Assembly: GCF_030144855.1 (NCBI RefSeq)
Contig: NC_082709.1
Coordinates: 172,360,001 to 172,424,000, forward strand
Length of the DNA: 64,000 nt
Direction: 5' to 3'
Origin: Hypanus sabinus
Taxonomy: Eukaryota
This document shows positions 1 through 14,000 of the stretch, one piece after another. Below the pieces are notes generated by a model. That model worked only from the letters and a program-made list of their open reading frames with translations. It was not told where the DNA came from and searched no databases. The translations under genes were made by a program, and so were the position numbers. The stretch's first letter is position 1; each line of letters opens with the position of its first letter.

Positions 1-585
1 AGCCTAACTCTCTACTTGGCATTGCTGCAAAGAAGTGGGTCATCAGGACCGTCACAGAGGCTACTGAGCAAGCCTCCAGATGCCTATGGATCAAGACGTG
101 TGACCCAGGGACCAATGCTGCTGGGACACAAGCCAGGGTCTGATAAGAACATAAGAATGTAAGAAATAGGAGCAGGAGTAGGTCATCTGGCCTGTTGAGC
201 CTGCTCTGTCATTCAACAAGATCGTGGCTGATCTGACCATGGACTCATCTCCACCTACCTGCCTTTTCCCCCATTACCCTTAATTCCCCTACTATGCAAA
301 AATCTATCCAACCTTGTCTTAGATATATTTACTGAGGTAGCATCCACTGCTTCAATAGGCAGAGAATTCCACAGATTCACCACTCTCTGGGAAAAGCAGT
401 TCCTCCTCATCTCTGTCCTAAATCTACTCCCCCGAATCTTGAGGCCATGTCCCCTAGTTCTAGTCTCACCTAACAGTGGAAACCCTGACTAGGTGAAGTG
501 TCTAATGTTGAAAGACCTGAAATACCCAATGAGTCCAGGTTACATCACTGATGATGTGTCCCAGCACATCCTAGGATGTATCTCA
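1..585 (+). mobile_element. HERO/R2-clade non-LTR 3' end, split by a CR1 3' fragment (146-485, minus strand)
   Basis: Translates as ..IRTVTEATEQASRCLWIK..DP, resembling the HERO C-terminus (EAAEKASRWLWIKR). 3' UTR resumes after the CR1 piece. Confidence 0.6.
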
Positions 586-849
586 GCACCCACAGACTAT
601 CATGTAAATCCAACACTAATATCGGACAAAGAACGTAAGGTCAGCAGCAACATCGATTTGAGAACAAGCTATTAGCATGTCCTCTCTTCTCAGAAAACAC
701 TTTTTGAGGAGCTGTGCTTCATGGGGAATGAGCTATTCTCCTTGCCTCATTTCAGGAACTAAACATAATGAATGATTGTGAAAGAAAGGAAGCACTGTTA
801 TATGGATGAAATGTTAAACCCGAGGACCCATATTTTCCCTGGACATCTG

Positions 850-1880
850 CCCTCACCCCATCTTCCTGCTGCCTTAACAGGGATAGAGTTCCTCTTGTCC
901 TTACCTACCACCCCATGAGGCTCCACATCCAGTGCATCATTCTCCACAACTTCCGCCATCTTCAAAGGGATCCTACCACCAAGCACATATTCACCCCCCT
1001 CCCACTCTGTCCCTTCCACTGGGATTGCTCCCTCCATGATTCCTTGTCCAGTCACCCCTCCCCTCTAATCTCAGTCCCTGCAAGCGGAAGATTTGTTACA
1101 CCTGCCCATTCACCTCCACCCTCACCTCCATTCTGGACCCCAAACGATGCTTCCAGTGAGGTAACACTTCACCTGTGAATCCGTTGGGCTCATCCAATCC
1201 AGTGCTTCCAAAGCAGCCTCCTATACACTGGTGAGACCCAACATAACTTGAGGTACTGGTTTGTCAGGTACCTTTGCTCTATCCACAAAAAGCAGGATTT
1301 CCCAGTGGCCGACCATTTTAATTCCAATCCCCAATCCTGTTCCAGCATGACAGCCCATGGCCTCCTGTATTGCTATGACAAAACCACCCTAAGGGTGAAG
1401 GAGTCACATATTTAGTCTGGGTAGCCTTCAACCTGATGGCGTGAACATTGGTTTCTTCAACTTCAGGCAATTTTTTCCCCTCCCCTTCCCTCTTTTTCAA
1501 TTCTCCACTCTGCTCCTTCTCTTAACTCTTCCCTTCTCCTCTCCTGCCTATCCTCTCCTCCTTCCTTTTCCTTTCCTTTCTCCCATGGTCCGTTCTCCCC
1601 TCCTATTAGATTCCTTCTTCTCCAGCCTTTTACCTTTTCCACCTATCACCTCCCAGCTTTTTACTTCATCCCCACCCCTCCTCCACCAACCTGGCTTCAC
1701 CTATCACCTTCTAGCTTGTAGTCCTTCCCCTCCCCCACCTTCTTCCTCCTTCCTTTCTGGTCCTGACCAAGGATATCAGCCCAAAACGGTGACTGTTTAT
1801 TCATTTCCTTAGATGTTGCCTGATCTACGGAGTTCGGTGCGGCTTTGGATTTCCAGCGTCTGCAGAATTTCTCATGTTTG
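850..1880 (+). mobile_element. Decayed Penelope-like element, 3' part (GIY-YIG remnant plus pLTR)
   Basis: LHIQCIILHNFRHLQRDPTTKHIF matches the 48.8-50.9 kb element. Pyrimidine-rich pLTR with a decayed hammerhead and tail. Confidence 0.85.
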
Positions 1881-3109
1881 TACTTTCAATTTAGGCTGGA
1901 AGTAATATGTCCTTTCAAGATGGCGCCAAGTTGCTGTCTCCGATGAGCTGTGGTGGAGGTATGCATTGGCAGCACTGACTTTCAGATTTAGTTTTTTAAT
2001 CTTTAATGTGGTTTTTTTTTAATTTGTAAGGATTTTTGGGGACAGAAAGGGGAGTTAGGGGTCATATTAGGATTTAGAGGCAGGGATATCGAGAAATCAG
2101 AGCTCCAAGCCGTCTGAGACTCCACTCTGCATTGGCAAATTAGCGATGCAGACATGGGACATTTGTGGGCAGATGTCAGATGTTGAACCAGAATATAGAT
2201 GGGCTACACCATCAGGTCAGCAGGTTCTGGAGTTGGAGTTCCATATGACCAAGAGGAACAAATTCTGATGGCTGCCTGAGTTTGCAAATCAGTGAGACCA
2301 AAGCCGAGGCCTAGTGTTCAGGGTCCCATCATCAGCAAGTCTGGTTTTCAAGGCCTAGTATTCGGTGTTCAGAGTGTCTGAGGATCGAGGTCCAAAGGTC
2401 AAATCAAAAGTCCAGAAGTCAGCATGACATCTAAAACTTTGATAGTCTTCTTGCACATTGGTTGTTTGTCCGCCCTGTTGGGTACGGCCTGTTATATGCC
2501 TTGTTAGGTGAAGTCTTCCATTGATTCTATTATGGTTCTTGAATTTACTGAGTGTGTCCACAAGAAAATGAATCTCGGGGTTGTGTATGGTGCTATATAT
2601 GTACTTTGATAGTAAGTTTATTCTGAACACTGAAGGCCTCAGATTTCATTTGGGAGGTTGACATCCAGTGACTGCAAGCCCAAGTCCATGTCTACTGGAG
2701 GCATGCCTGGGGGTTAAAGGACTGTGTATATCTGTGGGTGGGAAGGAAGAACGAGGCTTGATTTTGCTGCTGCTTGTTGTGTTCTGTGTTGTTGTGCCAA
2801 TTGTGGGCATGATCTTTTGGCACCAGAATGTGTGGCAATCTTTTCAGGCTGCCCCTAGGTAGTGTTGGCTGTCAATGCAAACAATACATTTCTACGTACA
2901 CATTACTAATAAACCTTAACTGATTGTTGGCCAGAACAATGGGACGAACTCCAATGCCCTGAGTGTTTTTCCATACACTAACATGAACAGAGAGATTCAA
3001 TCTGTCTCATCTGATTAAAGCTTAAGCTTTAAATGAAAATATGGCAAGAAGTACTTGCTGGCTTCTATCTTTACTAATATTGTTTACCTCTTCACATGGG
3101 CTCAGCAAT

Positions 3110-3625
3110 CTCCAATTAGTGGCTATTTATTAGCTATGCCTGTACACCAGCTCTTAATCATCCAGCAACTCAATGCATTAAAGCATGCAGACATGGTCAA
3201 GAGGTTCAGTTGCTGTTCAGCCCAAATATTATAATGGGGAAGAAATGTGAGCTAAGTGACTTTAACTGTGGAATAATTGTTGGTGCCAGATGGGGTGGTT
3301 TGAGTATCTCAGAAACTGCTGATTTCATGGGATTTTCACGCATAACAGTCTCTAAAGCTTACAGAGAATGGTGCGAGAAACAAAAAGAAACACACAGTGA
3401 GTGGCTGTTCTGTGGTGAAAACACCTTGTGAATCAGAATGGTTAGAGGAGAATTGTCCATACTTGTTCAAGTTGACAAGAAGACAACAGTTCCTGAGAAA
3501 ACACACATTCCAGCAACAGTATGCCGAATGGCATCCCTGAACACACAACTTTGAAGTGGATGGGCCACAGCAGCAGCAGATCTCAAATGTGCATTCAGCA
3601 TCCACTTTACTAGGTATGGGAGGTA
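3110..3625 (+). mobile_element. Non-autonomous Tc1 element (transposase N-terminal HTH only)
   Basis: MGKKCELSDFNCGIIVGARWGGLSISETADFMGFSRITVSKAYREW. Decayed TIR. Confidence 0.85.
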
Positions 3626-5811
3626 AGTTTGCAGTATCATAATACCAAATATGCTTAATTTTTCTCAGTACATCATCTAGAGGAAATGTTTGGAACAACA
3701 ACTACTCAAGACAACAATGTACTCGATACTGGCAGTTTGTACAGAAACTGGTTGTGCTTTTGTTTGAAGCTGGATGATAGTCAATCATTAAGTTAATTAC
3801 TATTCATCATTTCATCATTTCAGCATTTTGGATTTTGGATTTGGCTACAAAATGGTCACATGTGTTTACTCTGCTATTAATTCAAGATAATAATTCATGT
3901 TATCGTGTTGTTCACTTTTGTGCCCGTCAATTGTTATTCTGTTTGGTTACCACAGACTGTGGGAAATTCCAGAAATTATAGAAGTCTTGCAAATGTTGCC
4001 AAGCCTTCAATAAGAAACCAGCCAACAACAGATTTTGTGCTGAGAACTACAGTATCTCATTTGAATGTGTCTCTCAGTAGCTTGGAATGCTTCTATAAAG
4101 ATAAGGATCGGCTTAATTTGTCACATGTACATTGAAGCATTGTAAAACGTGCTGTTGGTGTCAACAACCAAAACACTCTAAGGATGTGCTGAGGGAAACC
4201 TGCAAGTGTCGCCATGTTTCTGGCACCAATGTAGCATGCCCACAAATTAATAATTGCTACTAACCCGTACGACTTTGGAATGTGGGGGGGGGGGGGGGGA
4301 ACTGGAGCTCCTGGAAGAAACCAATGAGGTCACCTTTTTTGATGAGACCTAAGGAGGGGTCTCGGCCCGAAAAATCGACTGCTTACTCTTTTCTCCAGAG
4401 GTGGTGCCTGGCCTGCTGAGTTCCTCCACCATTTTGTGTGTGGTGCTTGGATTTCCAGCATCTGCAAGACTTTCTCATGTTTGCGTTCACCTTGCACCTT
4501 ACGGACAGTGCCAGGAATTGAACCCCAATCGCTGGCACTGGAAGGTGGCTCCTTCAGCAATAGCTTGGCTCTGTATAAATCCAACTTAGTTTTGTGTACT
4601 AGTAGCATAGTCATACTCTACTCTGGCCCTTCAGAGTGGTCAATGTAGCATTTGATGACGTGATATTGCAATGGTATTTTGACAGTAGCTAAGGCAGAGC
4701 TTGAACAAGGGGGTCTAATGCACCACAAGTTAAGTCTTCATAATAATAAGATCATAAGACATAGGAAGAGAATTAGCCATTCGGCCCATTGAGTCTGTTC
4801 TGCCATTTGTTCATGGCTGATTGATTTTCCCCCACAACTTCATTTGCCTGCCTTCTCCCCTTAACTTATGATGCCCTGACTAAGCAAGAACCTATCAACT
4901 TCTGCTTTAAGTATACCCAAACACTTGGCTTTCACAGACATCTGTGGCAAAGAATTCCACAGGTTCACCAAACTCTGGCTAAAGAATAGAGGAAAACTAT
5001 TAAAAAGTTCTCTTTTACTGAGCACAGAGGTGTTTTGAAGATGTTTTATCTGGGGGAGTCCATGTGAAGAGATAGATGATGGTAAAGATCTAATATCAGG
5101 GCCAAGACATTCACTCCAGTTCCACAAAAGCCCACTTGAAATTGGACTAGAAGCCCAGGATTTAAGCATTAAACGTTTCGTGCAAATCTAAGCTAGTTTG
5201 CACAATCTACTTCTAAAAGCTATAAATCAGTAGATTTTCTTTTGGTTGCTATCCTGCTGATTTTTCCATTGTGTCAAGACTGTAAACAAAGCGCTCAAAC
5301 CAACACATTCATGTTCTGACAGACTCTGAGGCAAAATTTCCACATGAGAGTGGTCTGAACTAATTATAACCTTCAATGGAGGTCCTGGGGACTCAATGTA
5401 ACAGATTAAGAGCAGCTTTGTCTGCCCCATGGGCATTATATTTCACTGAATGTTTGTTATCATGTCGTGACTGTGGTTCCCAGATTGGCCTCATTAGTCA
5501 CTTCAGATCCCACAAAACCAGAATGGAAATAAGTCATCTTTGATCTGATGGGAGTATCTCAGAAAAGTACAAATAACTATTTCATTATTATTTTTCTCAG
5601 TGATGGTTTACGTACTTTAAAAACATCATTATTGTAGATGGTAAACAGCCAACACTTGTAGGCATGATCCAAAACTATACAACCATACATCAGTTTTGAC
5701 TACTATCCTTACTGATAATTATTTAACCACAATCCCTAAGATGGATTTAAAACACTGTTAATTCAAGGATCAGAGCTCTTTATCTTTATCTGTCCTATTT
5801 CCCTGAGTGCT

Positions 5812-6016
5812 TTGTTGTTGTTCAGTCGTTAAGTCGAGTCCGACTCTTCGTGACCTCGTGGACCAGAGGGTCTATCTGGCAAGACATGGAAGTAGACTGC
5901 CAGGCCTTTCTTCCACATAGAAACTGCTGTTGCCCAGGTTGGGACCTGGCTGGGCTTGAACTCAGGACCATCTGCCTTGAAGTCCAGTGCTGATGCCACT
6001 ACACCACCAGCCAGCC
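5812..6016 (-). mobile_element. tRNA-derived SINE with RTE/BovB-like 3' tail
   Basis: A box TGGTGTAGTGG and B box GAGTTCAAGCC. Tail ..GGTCACGAAGAGTCGGACTCGACTTAACGACTGAACAACAAC. Confidence 0.78.
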
Positions 6017-6139
6017 CAATGCAATCTACCCTGACCCAATTAATCCTTGCTAGATTTCACACTCTCTGGCATTTAACCAGCAGCTGTGATATTATCAGCC
6101 AGTTGTTAAAAAGAGAAACAAACTGTACGATATAAACAG

Positions 6140-6570
6140 AAACACGAGATTTGGCAGGTACTGAAAATCCAGAGTAACATGCACAGAAAAATGCTGGAGG
6201 CAGCATCAATGGAGAGGAATAAACAGTCGATGTTTCAGGCCAAGACCCTTCATCAGGACTGAAAAAAAAGAAGAGGGAAGATGCCAGAATAAGAAGGTGA
6301 GGGAAGGGAAAGGATTACAAACTGGAAGCTGATAGGTAAGGCCGGGTGAGGGGTAAAATAGGTGGGTGGGGGAAGGGAGATGAACCTAGGACGTGACAGG
6401 TGGAAAAGGTAAAAGGCTGAAGAAGAAGGAATCTGATAGGAGAGGAGAGTGGACTGTGGGAGAAAGGGAAAGAGGACGGACATCAGGGGGAGGTGGTGGG
6501 TAGGTGAGGAGGAGAGAAGAGGTAAAAAGGAAGCCAGAATAGAGGAAAAGAAAAAAAGATGGTGGAGAGG
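6140..6570 (-). mobile_element. Penelope-like pLTR fragment
   Basis: Same pLTR and tail sequence. Hammerhead-like core at 6224-6261. Confidence 0.82.
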
Positions 6571-7286
6571 GAACCCTGTAAGCTAATTGAAAACTTGGCA
6601 GCTTGAAGAAGATTGCAATGATAAGAGGTTGTATATGAAATTGATGAGGCAGGAAAGGCAAATTCCTAAGTGATGGGCAGAGGCTGCAAGGTGAATTACA
6701 TTCAGATTAGTCTTATTACTCAAATGTACATCAAAACATAGTGTGAAATGTGTTGTTTGTGTTAACAACCAACACAGTCTGAGAATGTGCAAAGGGCAGT
6801 TTGCAAAGTGGGGCCATTTTTCCGTTCCCAACATAGCATGCCAACAATGTTCAGCAGTACGTCACACAACCAATATACAACAAGACCGGAAACCGGAGGT
6901 CCATGGGCCAGTCTTCATCAAAGGATTTGAGGCAGAGAGGGTCAGCAACTTTAAATTCCTCCATGTTATCATTTCAGATGAAATACAAGGGCATTCCATG
7001 GCAGGCCATGATGCAACCAGTCAACGTGGTTTAGGAAGGAGATCAGTCAGATCTCCCAATACCAACCAAGCATCTCATTAATTATCAAAACAAGTAACAA
7101 ATTCTGATGTGTTTCCATTCTACTGAGACTACTCTTTGATACATGATGTTGAGAGCACTGGTCTTCAATGTATTCTGTTATGGACAGAAATGGGCATTAC
7201 ATGAACAATGATGTCATTATGCATGCCTGACGCCCAAAAAGCAAGTGACATGTCATCCAATTCTGAGCTTAAAGCCTTTGTTTCAT

Positions 7287-8055
7287 TCTTTATGAAACAG
7301 TGTATTCTGCTTAATTGGGACACATCAAGACCAGTACATTTTGGTCCAATTAAGTGGCTACCTCGATTAGGCAAAGTTCCATGGAAGTAGTTAAAAATAT
7401 ATAAAAAAGATAAACTACTATTTGACTGAGTAACAAGTTATTTATTTAAATGAAAAACAGAACAAACACTGTCAATGCTTCTACGTTACTATAAAACTGA
7501 GTATTATTTCCTAAAAGTTATCAACAGAGGAATTAATCCAGTGGACACTGCCGTGTTCTTTTGATTGACCGCAAAACAGGCAAAATTAATGCAGACACGT
7601 AATGTAGATAATGAACTGCCTTCATACAATCCCTCAACAATTGCAGTCCCCAAATCTTCTATTTTTTTGTATAAAATTCAAGATAATTCTTGTTACTTCA
7701 AATTCATCGTAGTTCCTAATATGTTGTAGTGAAATTGTTTCGTTTTCACTCCCAACCATTTCAGGTATCTGTAGGCTTGAAACCACAGTGAGCAAAACGA
7801 TTCTGAATTGTCTTATTGCTAACTTCTCGCCAACTCTAAATGACAAAAATTGCAGCAGCCACCGCTATGTTAAAATAGTTCACTCTAAGCACAGTCTAAA
7901 GGACACACAAGTGCACGCAACCGATGCTAGTTCAGCAACGGTCTCCTGTCCTAATTAAGCAACATTTTTCCCAAATAAATGAAGGGAATTTGGCTGTTTT
8001 TTCAGTTTGTTTTTGTTCTTCAAGAGTTAAACCAAGTAAGCTGAATTTACAACAC
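7287..8055. mobile_element. Tigger/pogo-like non-autonomous remnant
   Basis: cagtg..ttaattgggaca end and repeated ccaattaag subterminal motifs in inverted arrangement. Confidence 0.5.
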
Positions 8056-9012
8056 TGGGGCCTAAATATAACAAATGAATGAATACTGTAAGCTGTCTGT
8101 ATATTCATCTAGTGTTCAGTGCTTTGCGTGATTCGTCTGTCTCTGTTTGTTTGCAGAGATATAAGAATTCCACTAGGATTTCTCAATGTTGGGCTCCAAG
8201 TCTTTTGGGATATCTACCAATGTGATTAGCTTTCTTGCACACCTGAATAAAATTCCTACGTCTGAGATTTCTCCAACGAAAATTACTTAATGAGAGGCAG
8301 ATTCGTTAACGAAATGTACAAAGCTGCTCTGATTTAACATACATATCTGTGTACCAGCTGAAGATTTCATTTCACAGGGGAGTACACACATTTGAATAAT
8401 GGCAAAGACGAATATATAGTTAAATGGTATGCAGTCAGCAAGGTGTTTTTCACCAGGATTCTGTTTAGTTCACAATCGAAAGCAATAAAGAGCGACTTCT
8501 AACCATCAGCAGAGAGCCTGGTCTATTTTTAGACATTTCCTGAATTCATTTAGTGTCCTCACAGTGAGCAGATATGTGTGGAAAAACATGCTGCCAGTGG
8601 TGTGAAGCTCAGGAGCAGAATTAAAGAATTTGACCCGTTGAACCTGACCCACCAGTCAATGAGATCTATGCTGATCTGTGACCAGACTCCAGCCTTTGCT
8701 CTATTTCTTTAATGCTTTTAGTTAAGAGAAATCTATCAATATTAGGTTTAAATTTACCAAAAGGCACATCACAGGGAGACCAAACAGAACATAGAATCAT
8801 ACCGCCCAGGAGCGGATCGTTCAGCCCACAATATTGTGCTGAACCAGTTATATTAGTAATCAAATAGCCAACTAAACTCTTCTTTTTACACAATGTCCAC
8901 ATACGATTTTAATGTCTGATTTTAATGGGACAGTTCTATAGTTAAGCACAAACTGGACATCACACTATTTCTTAAGTGACTCTTGGAATTTGTTTCATTT
9001 CATGATAATGTG

Positions 9013-9672
9013 CACTCGGTGACTACTTTATTAGACACAAGCCACTGAGTGTATGGACTTCGAGGTTTGACGTGTTGTGCATCAGAAATACTCTTCTGCA
9101 TAACACTGTTGTAATGTGTGGTTACTTGAGTTACTGTCATTTTTCTGTTAGCTTGAACCAGTCTGCCTGTTCCACTCTGACCTCTCTCTTTAACAAGTCA
9201 TTTTCGCCCACAGAACTGCCGCTCACTGAATGTTGTTTTTTTGTTTCTCGCACCAATCTCTTTACACTCTAGATACTGTGCTGCGTGAAAATCCCAGAGG
9301 ATCAGCAGTTTCTGAATAATCAAGCCACTCCAGTCTACCATCAACAATCATGCCACGGTCAAAGTCACTTAGATCACACTTCTTCCCCATTCTGATGTCT
9401 GACCTGAACAACTACTGAACCTCTTGACCATATCTGCATGCTTTAATGCATTGCGTTGCTGCCGCATGATTGGCTGATTAGATATTTGCATTAACAAACA
9501 GGTGTACATAATACTTAATAACTTCAGTCCTGATGGAGGGTCTCGGCCCAACTCTTTTCCATAGATGCTGCCTGGCCTGCTGATGTCCTCCAGCACTTTG
9601 TGAGGGTCGCTTTAGATTTCCAGCAGCTGCAGATTTTTCCATATTTATACCTAATAAAGTGGCCACAGAGTG
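9013..9672 (-). mobile_element. Non-autonomous Tc1 element, same family, with a Penelope tail inserted at ~9523-9640
   Basis: TIRs cactc(a)gtggccactttattag at both ends. Homologous to 3110-3625. Confidence 0.85.
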
Positions 9673-10111
9673 CACAACTTAGTTTTTGCCATCTGCTAAT
9701 GTCCTTGAAACAAAGCTAGTATGAGTTCATCAAGGAGAAATAAAATCACAGGGCATTCATAACGGTAGAGATCGACTTTACGAGATGCTGTAGTAACAGC
9801 TTCTTCCTGCCCCACTATGCCCCATCTTGTCCTGCTCTCAGTTTCCTCATCTGCAGCCCTTTGTTGCCTCCATCTATCGCCTCCCAGCTTTTGTTACTAT
9901 TTCTGCCTTCCCTTCCTATCACCCCCTCAGCTGGCTCCACCGATCTTCCCTTCACCTTATTTTACTAGCCATCTTCCCTCTATTTTCCAGCCCAGATGAA
10001 GGGCCTCAACCCGAGTCATTGACTATCCATTTCCCTCCACAGATGCTGCCTGGCCTGCTACATTCGTCCATCATCACGTTTTATGCTCAGACTGCTCTTG
10101 AACCCCGTTGA

Positions 10112-11080
10112 CAAACAGCGAAAATCTGCAGCTGCTGGAAATCCAAGCAACACGCGTAAACTGCAGGAGGAACTTGGCAGGCCAGGCAGCATCTATGGAA
10201 AAGAGAACAGTCGACGTTTCGGGCCGAGAGCCTTCGTCAGGACTGGGGAGAAGGAAGATGAGAAGTCAGAGCAAGAAAGTGGTGGGGAGGGAAATACAAG
10301 GTGGCAGGTGATAGGTGAACGCGGGAGAAGGGAAGGCGGTGAAATAAAGAGCTGGGAAGTTGACTGGTGAAAGAGATAAAGGGCTGGAGAAGGAGGAATC
10401 TGACAGAAATCTGACAGAAAATCTGATGGAAAATCTGATCATGGAAGAAAGGGAAGGGGGAAGAGCACCAGAGAGACGTGATAGGCAGGTAAGGAGATAA
10501 GGAGAGAGAAGGAAACAGGAATGGGGAATGGTGAAGGAGAGGGGTGGGGGGGGGGCAATTACCGGAAGTTTGAGAAATCGATGTTCATGCCATTAGGTTG
10601 GAGACTAGCCAGATGGAGTATAAGGTTCAGCTCCTCCAACCTGAGGGTGGCCTAATCGCAGCAGTAAAGGAGACCAAGGACTGACACGTCGGAAAGAGAA
10701 TGAGAAGTAGGATTGAAGTGGGCAGCCACCGGGAGATCCTGCTTTCTCTGGTTGACAGCGCATGGGTGCTTGGCGAAGTGGTCCCCTAATTTACGTGGGG
10801 TCTCACTGATATACAGGAGGCCACACCAGCAGCACTGAATATGGTAGATTACACCAACAGACTCACAAGGTGAAGTGTCGCCTCACCTGGAAGGACATTT
10901 TGGGGCCCTGAATGGTAGTGAGGGAGGAAGTGTAGTGACAGATGTGGCATTGGTTTTGCTTGCAAGGATAAGTGCCAGGAGGGAGGTCAGTCGGGAGGGA
11001 CAAGTGGGCAATGAAGATCCCTACAGAAAGCAGAAGTTGGTGGGGGGGGGGGGAGAAAAAGATATGCTTGGTGGTGGGAA
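10112..11080 (-). mobile_element. Penelope-like element, 3' fragment
   Basis: PTTKHIF...DLPPGTYPCKQNQCHICHYTSSLTTIQGPKMSFQVRRHFT, followed by pLTR with hammerhead and tail. Confidence 0.88.
10208..10245 (-). ncRNA. Minimal type I hammerhead ribozyme motif
   Basis: CAGTC CTGACGA A GGCT-CTCG-GCCC GAAAC GTC GACTG. Perfect 5-bp stem I, one mismatch in stem II. Confidence 0.65.
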
Positions 11081-14000
11081 CATAGTTCAGTTCATAAGTC
11101 AATATACCATAAGACATAGGAGCAGAGTTAGGTCACATGGCCCTTCAAGTCTGCTCTGCCATTTCATCAGGGCTGATCCTTTTTTCCCCTCCTCAGCTCC
11201 CTTCCCAATCTTCTCCCATTAACCTTTGATGCCATGTCCAGTTAAGAACCTGTCAAGCTATAAGACCATAGGACATAGGAGCAGAATTAGGCCATTTGGC
11301 CCATCAAGTCTGCTCCGCCTATTTAGTTTCAGATTCAGGTTTTTTTTATTTCATGTGCATTGAAACATACAGTGAGATGCGACATTTGTGTAAACAAGCA
11401 ACACATCCAAGGAAGTGCTGGGGCAGCCAGTCACGGTCACCTACGACTGGCTTTGCCGGCGTCTCGGAGAGGCAAGCTCTCCGAAGGTGGGTACATGGCT
11501 TGGAAAGGTTTGTGCTCAGTGTGGGGTCAGGAGTGTGGGCAGAAATCTCGTAGTAGGGACCGGAGAGCTGTCTGACAGTGAGGCCAGACCTGATTAGAGC
11601 ATGGCACGGAACGTGAATGGAAACTCGCCCGGAATTAGGACTAGGGTTGATTCCTGTGGATAAGAGAAATGTGACCACGAGCAAGGACGTGGATGAGAGG
11701 GATATGGAGAGCTATGGTCCGGATGCAAGTCGTTCGGACTAGGCAGTTTTTAAATGGTTTAGCACAAAGTAGATGGGCTGAAGGGCCGATTTCTGTGCTG
11801 TAGCTTTCCATGACTCTATGAACATACATCATAGTTGATTAAAAAACTTCACCAACTGAAACTCTACCCTCACATACACAACCTGAGGAAATTATTGGAA
11901 GTGCATTGGCACTATTGTCAACACAAGAATTGGGAGCTTTGAACAAGTCGATTTGAAAGGATCTCATCTTGGATGCAGCAAACAGAAAAAGCCACCAGCT
12001 ATTCCCAATTCTAGTGTGTTTCTTTCTTCCAACAACCTAAATCAAAAGAAAAGTCATAGATTTTATTTCTTTACCAGGTAAAACATCTAATTTGTGATGA
12101 AATGTTGTTCAGTAACTAATCCTGATAAATCATCTCACTAAAGCACTGGTTGGATATGTCAGTCAATGAGTGGGAAGAGCAATGCATGGTTAAACCTGCA
12201 AGGTTAACTAGAAATAAAGATGTTTGGTGTTGGTTGCAATTCTTTCTTTGTTCATAACTGTCACTCACTGGCCATCTTCCCTTCTGCTTGAGGTAGAGTA
12301 CTTTCTTGCATAAATTTACAAATGTTTTCACACCACCCTATTTTCTACACTATCCATGTAGAAAAATTGAAAACTCCTGGGATTTGATTATTCAGCACAG
12401 GACTCTTAAGTCCCAGATTCAATTTTGTTGATTTTTTTTTGAAAATCAGTAAGTTTATTTTTGATCTCCGGAGAAGTGCCCCACGATGCTGAAAATCATC
12501 CTTAATGACAATTCCAAGAAAATGTGGTTTGCTTTTGCTTGAAGACAATCAGCCAAGTTACAGGGTAGCGTGAGCTATCGCAAGCAACTTGGCAAGTCCA
12601 TGCCCTTCAACAGAATGGTGGAGAGGCTCAAGGAAAGGTTAGTCACATCAGACACAGAGATGCTCTTATACTGTTTGGATGGGGATGAGGGGCCTAAAGA
12701 TGGAAAATTCCATAATGCCGCCAGGAATATTTTTCTCAACAGCATGGAGTTATCTGTTTCTGTAGAAATTGGCCATTGAATGCACAATGTTGCTGAGTAA
12801 ATACTATTATCTCTGCAATCCACAGCCCGTAATTTCCCTTTGGGAGTTGTGGTTTCGAACTAGCTGTACTGCTTGGTGTCTTTGTGGTATCCCAAAGGAT
12901 TTGGCGAGCTGGCCTCTCCAGAGCGCTAGTACAGCCATGGCCATTGCTGGAGCATTGGGCCAGATTGAAGCAGCGTTGCCCAGGCCAAGGAGCGAGAAAT
13001 AAATTGATGTCTAGCCGATTTAAGTGCCGAGCCACATTAAAAAGATTAAGGTGTCGAGGCTGAGAGTGATGGACAAACCAGTGTTCAGCTCACTATTCTG
13101 AGGCTCCATCACTGAACTGGCCCTGCAGCTGTGACCTGCACCAATCCGGTTCCTGGACTGGCGTCAGCACTGGATTTGGCACAACCCTCCACACCATTGA
13201 GGACATGATTCAGGAAGGTAATATCCACCACTAAGGACCCTCACAACCCAGGCGAAGCCTCTTCTCATTACTACCATCAGGACAGAGGTACAAGAGACCG
13301 AAGACATACACTCAATGTTATAGGAACAGCTTCTTCCCCTTTGCAATCTGAGCAGCCCATGAAACCGTGAACTTACTTATAGCCCATTTAGGGCAGCAAT
13401 GAAGGTCCTCCATCTCTGGCAGTGTTCAGGACTTCCTTCATCATGTCAGTAGCTTCCTCTCGGTTTTCACTACTGTCGCTCATGCAAGTCTCAGGTGGAG
13501 ACTCAGGAATACCGTCACTGATATCGAAGGATTCTTCATTGCCGCTGCCTTTCAAATTTTGTTTTACCGGTCAGAGTTGTTAGCTCTGAGATGAACCCTT
13601 GAGGTGAACCACTCTTAGTCTGGCCTCTACCCTTTGACCTGCTTGGCATGGATGACCCTAACAAGAGCCAAAGCATAAACCCCTGACTCCAGCCAACACA
13701 TCTCTCTGGATCATTGGGAGAGTTACGGTCCTCTTGGAGGAACCCATGAACACTATTTCATTATTCCTGTTTTTGCAGTATTTATTTACTTTGTACTTTG
13801 GAGCAAATTTATGTTTGCACCATACCACTGCATAAAACAACCAATTTCAAATCATAAAAGACAGTGATACTAAATATGATTCTGATCAGACTGCAAGATC
13901 TTCAGAGAAAAGTTCTGGAAAAGAAGTAAAATTTATTCCCTAACAGATAAAAGAGAGACTGTTTTGAACAAACGGAACTCATTTCACCATGTAATCGAGG

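Noticed and set aside
12570-13035. Cluster of 69-99 aa ORFs in apparently unique sequence
   Set aside because: No recognisable domain and no consistent splice signals. Overlapping short ORFs on both strands are expected by chance.
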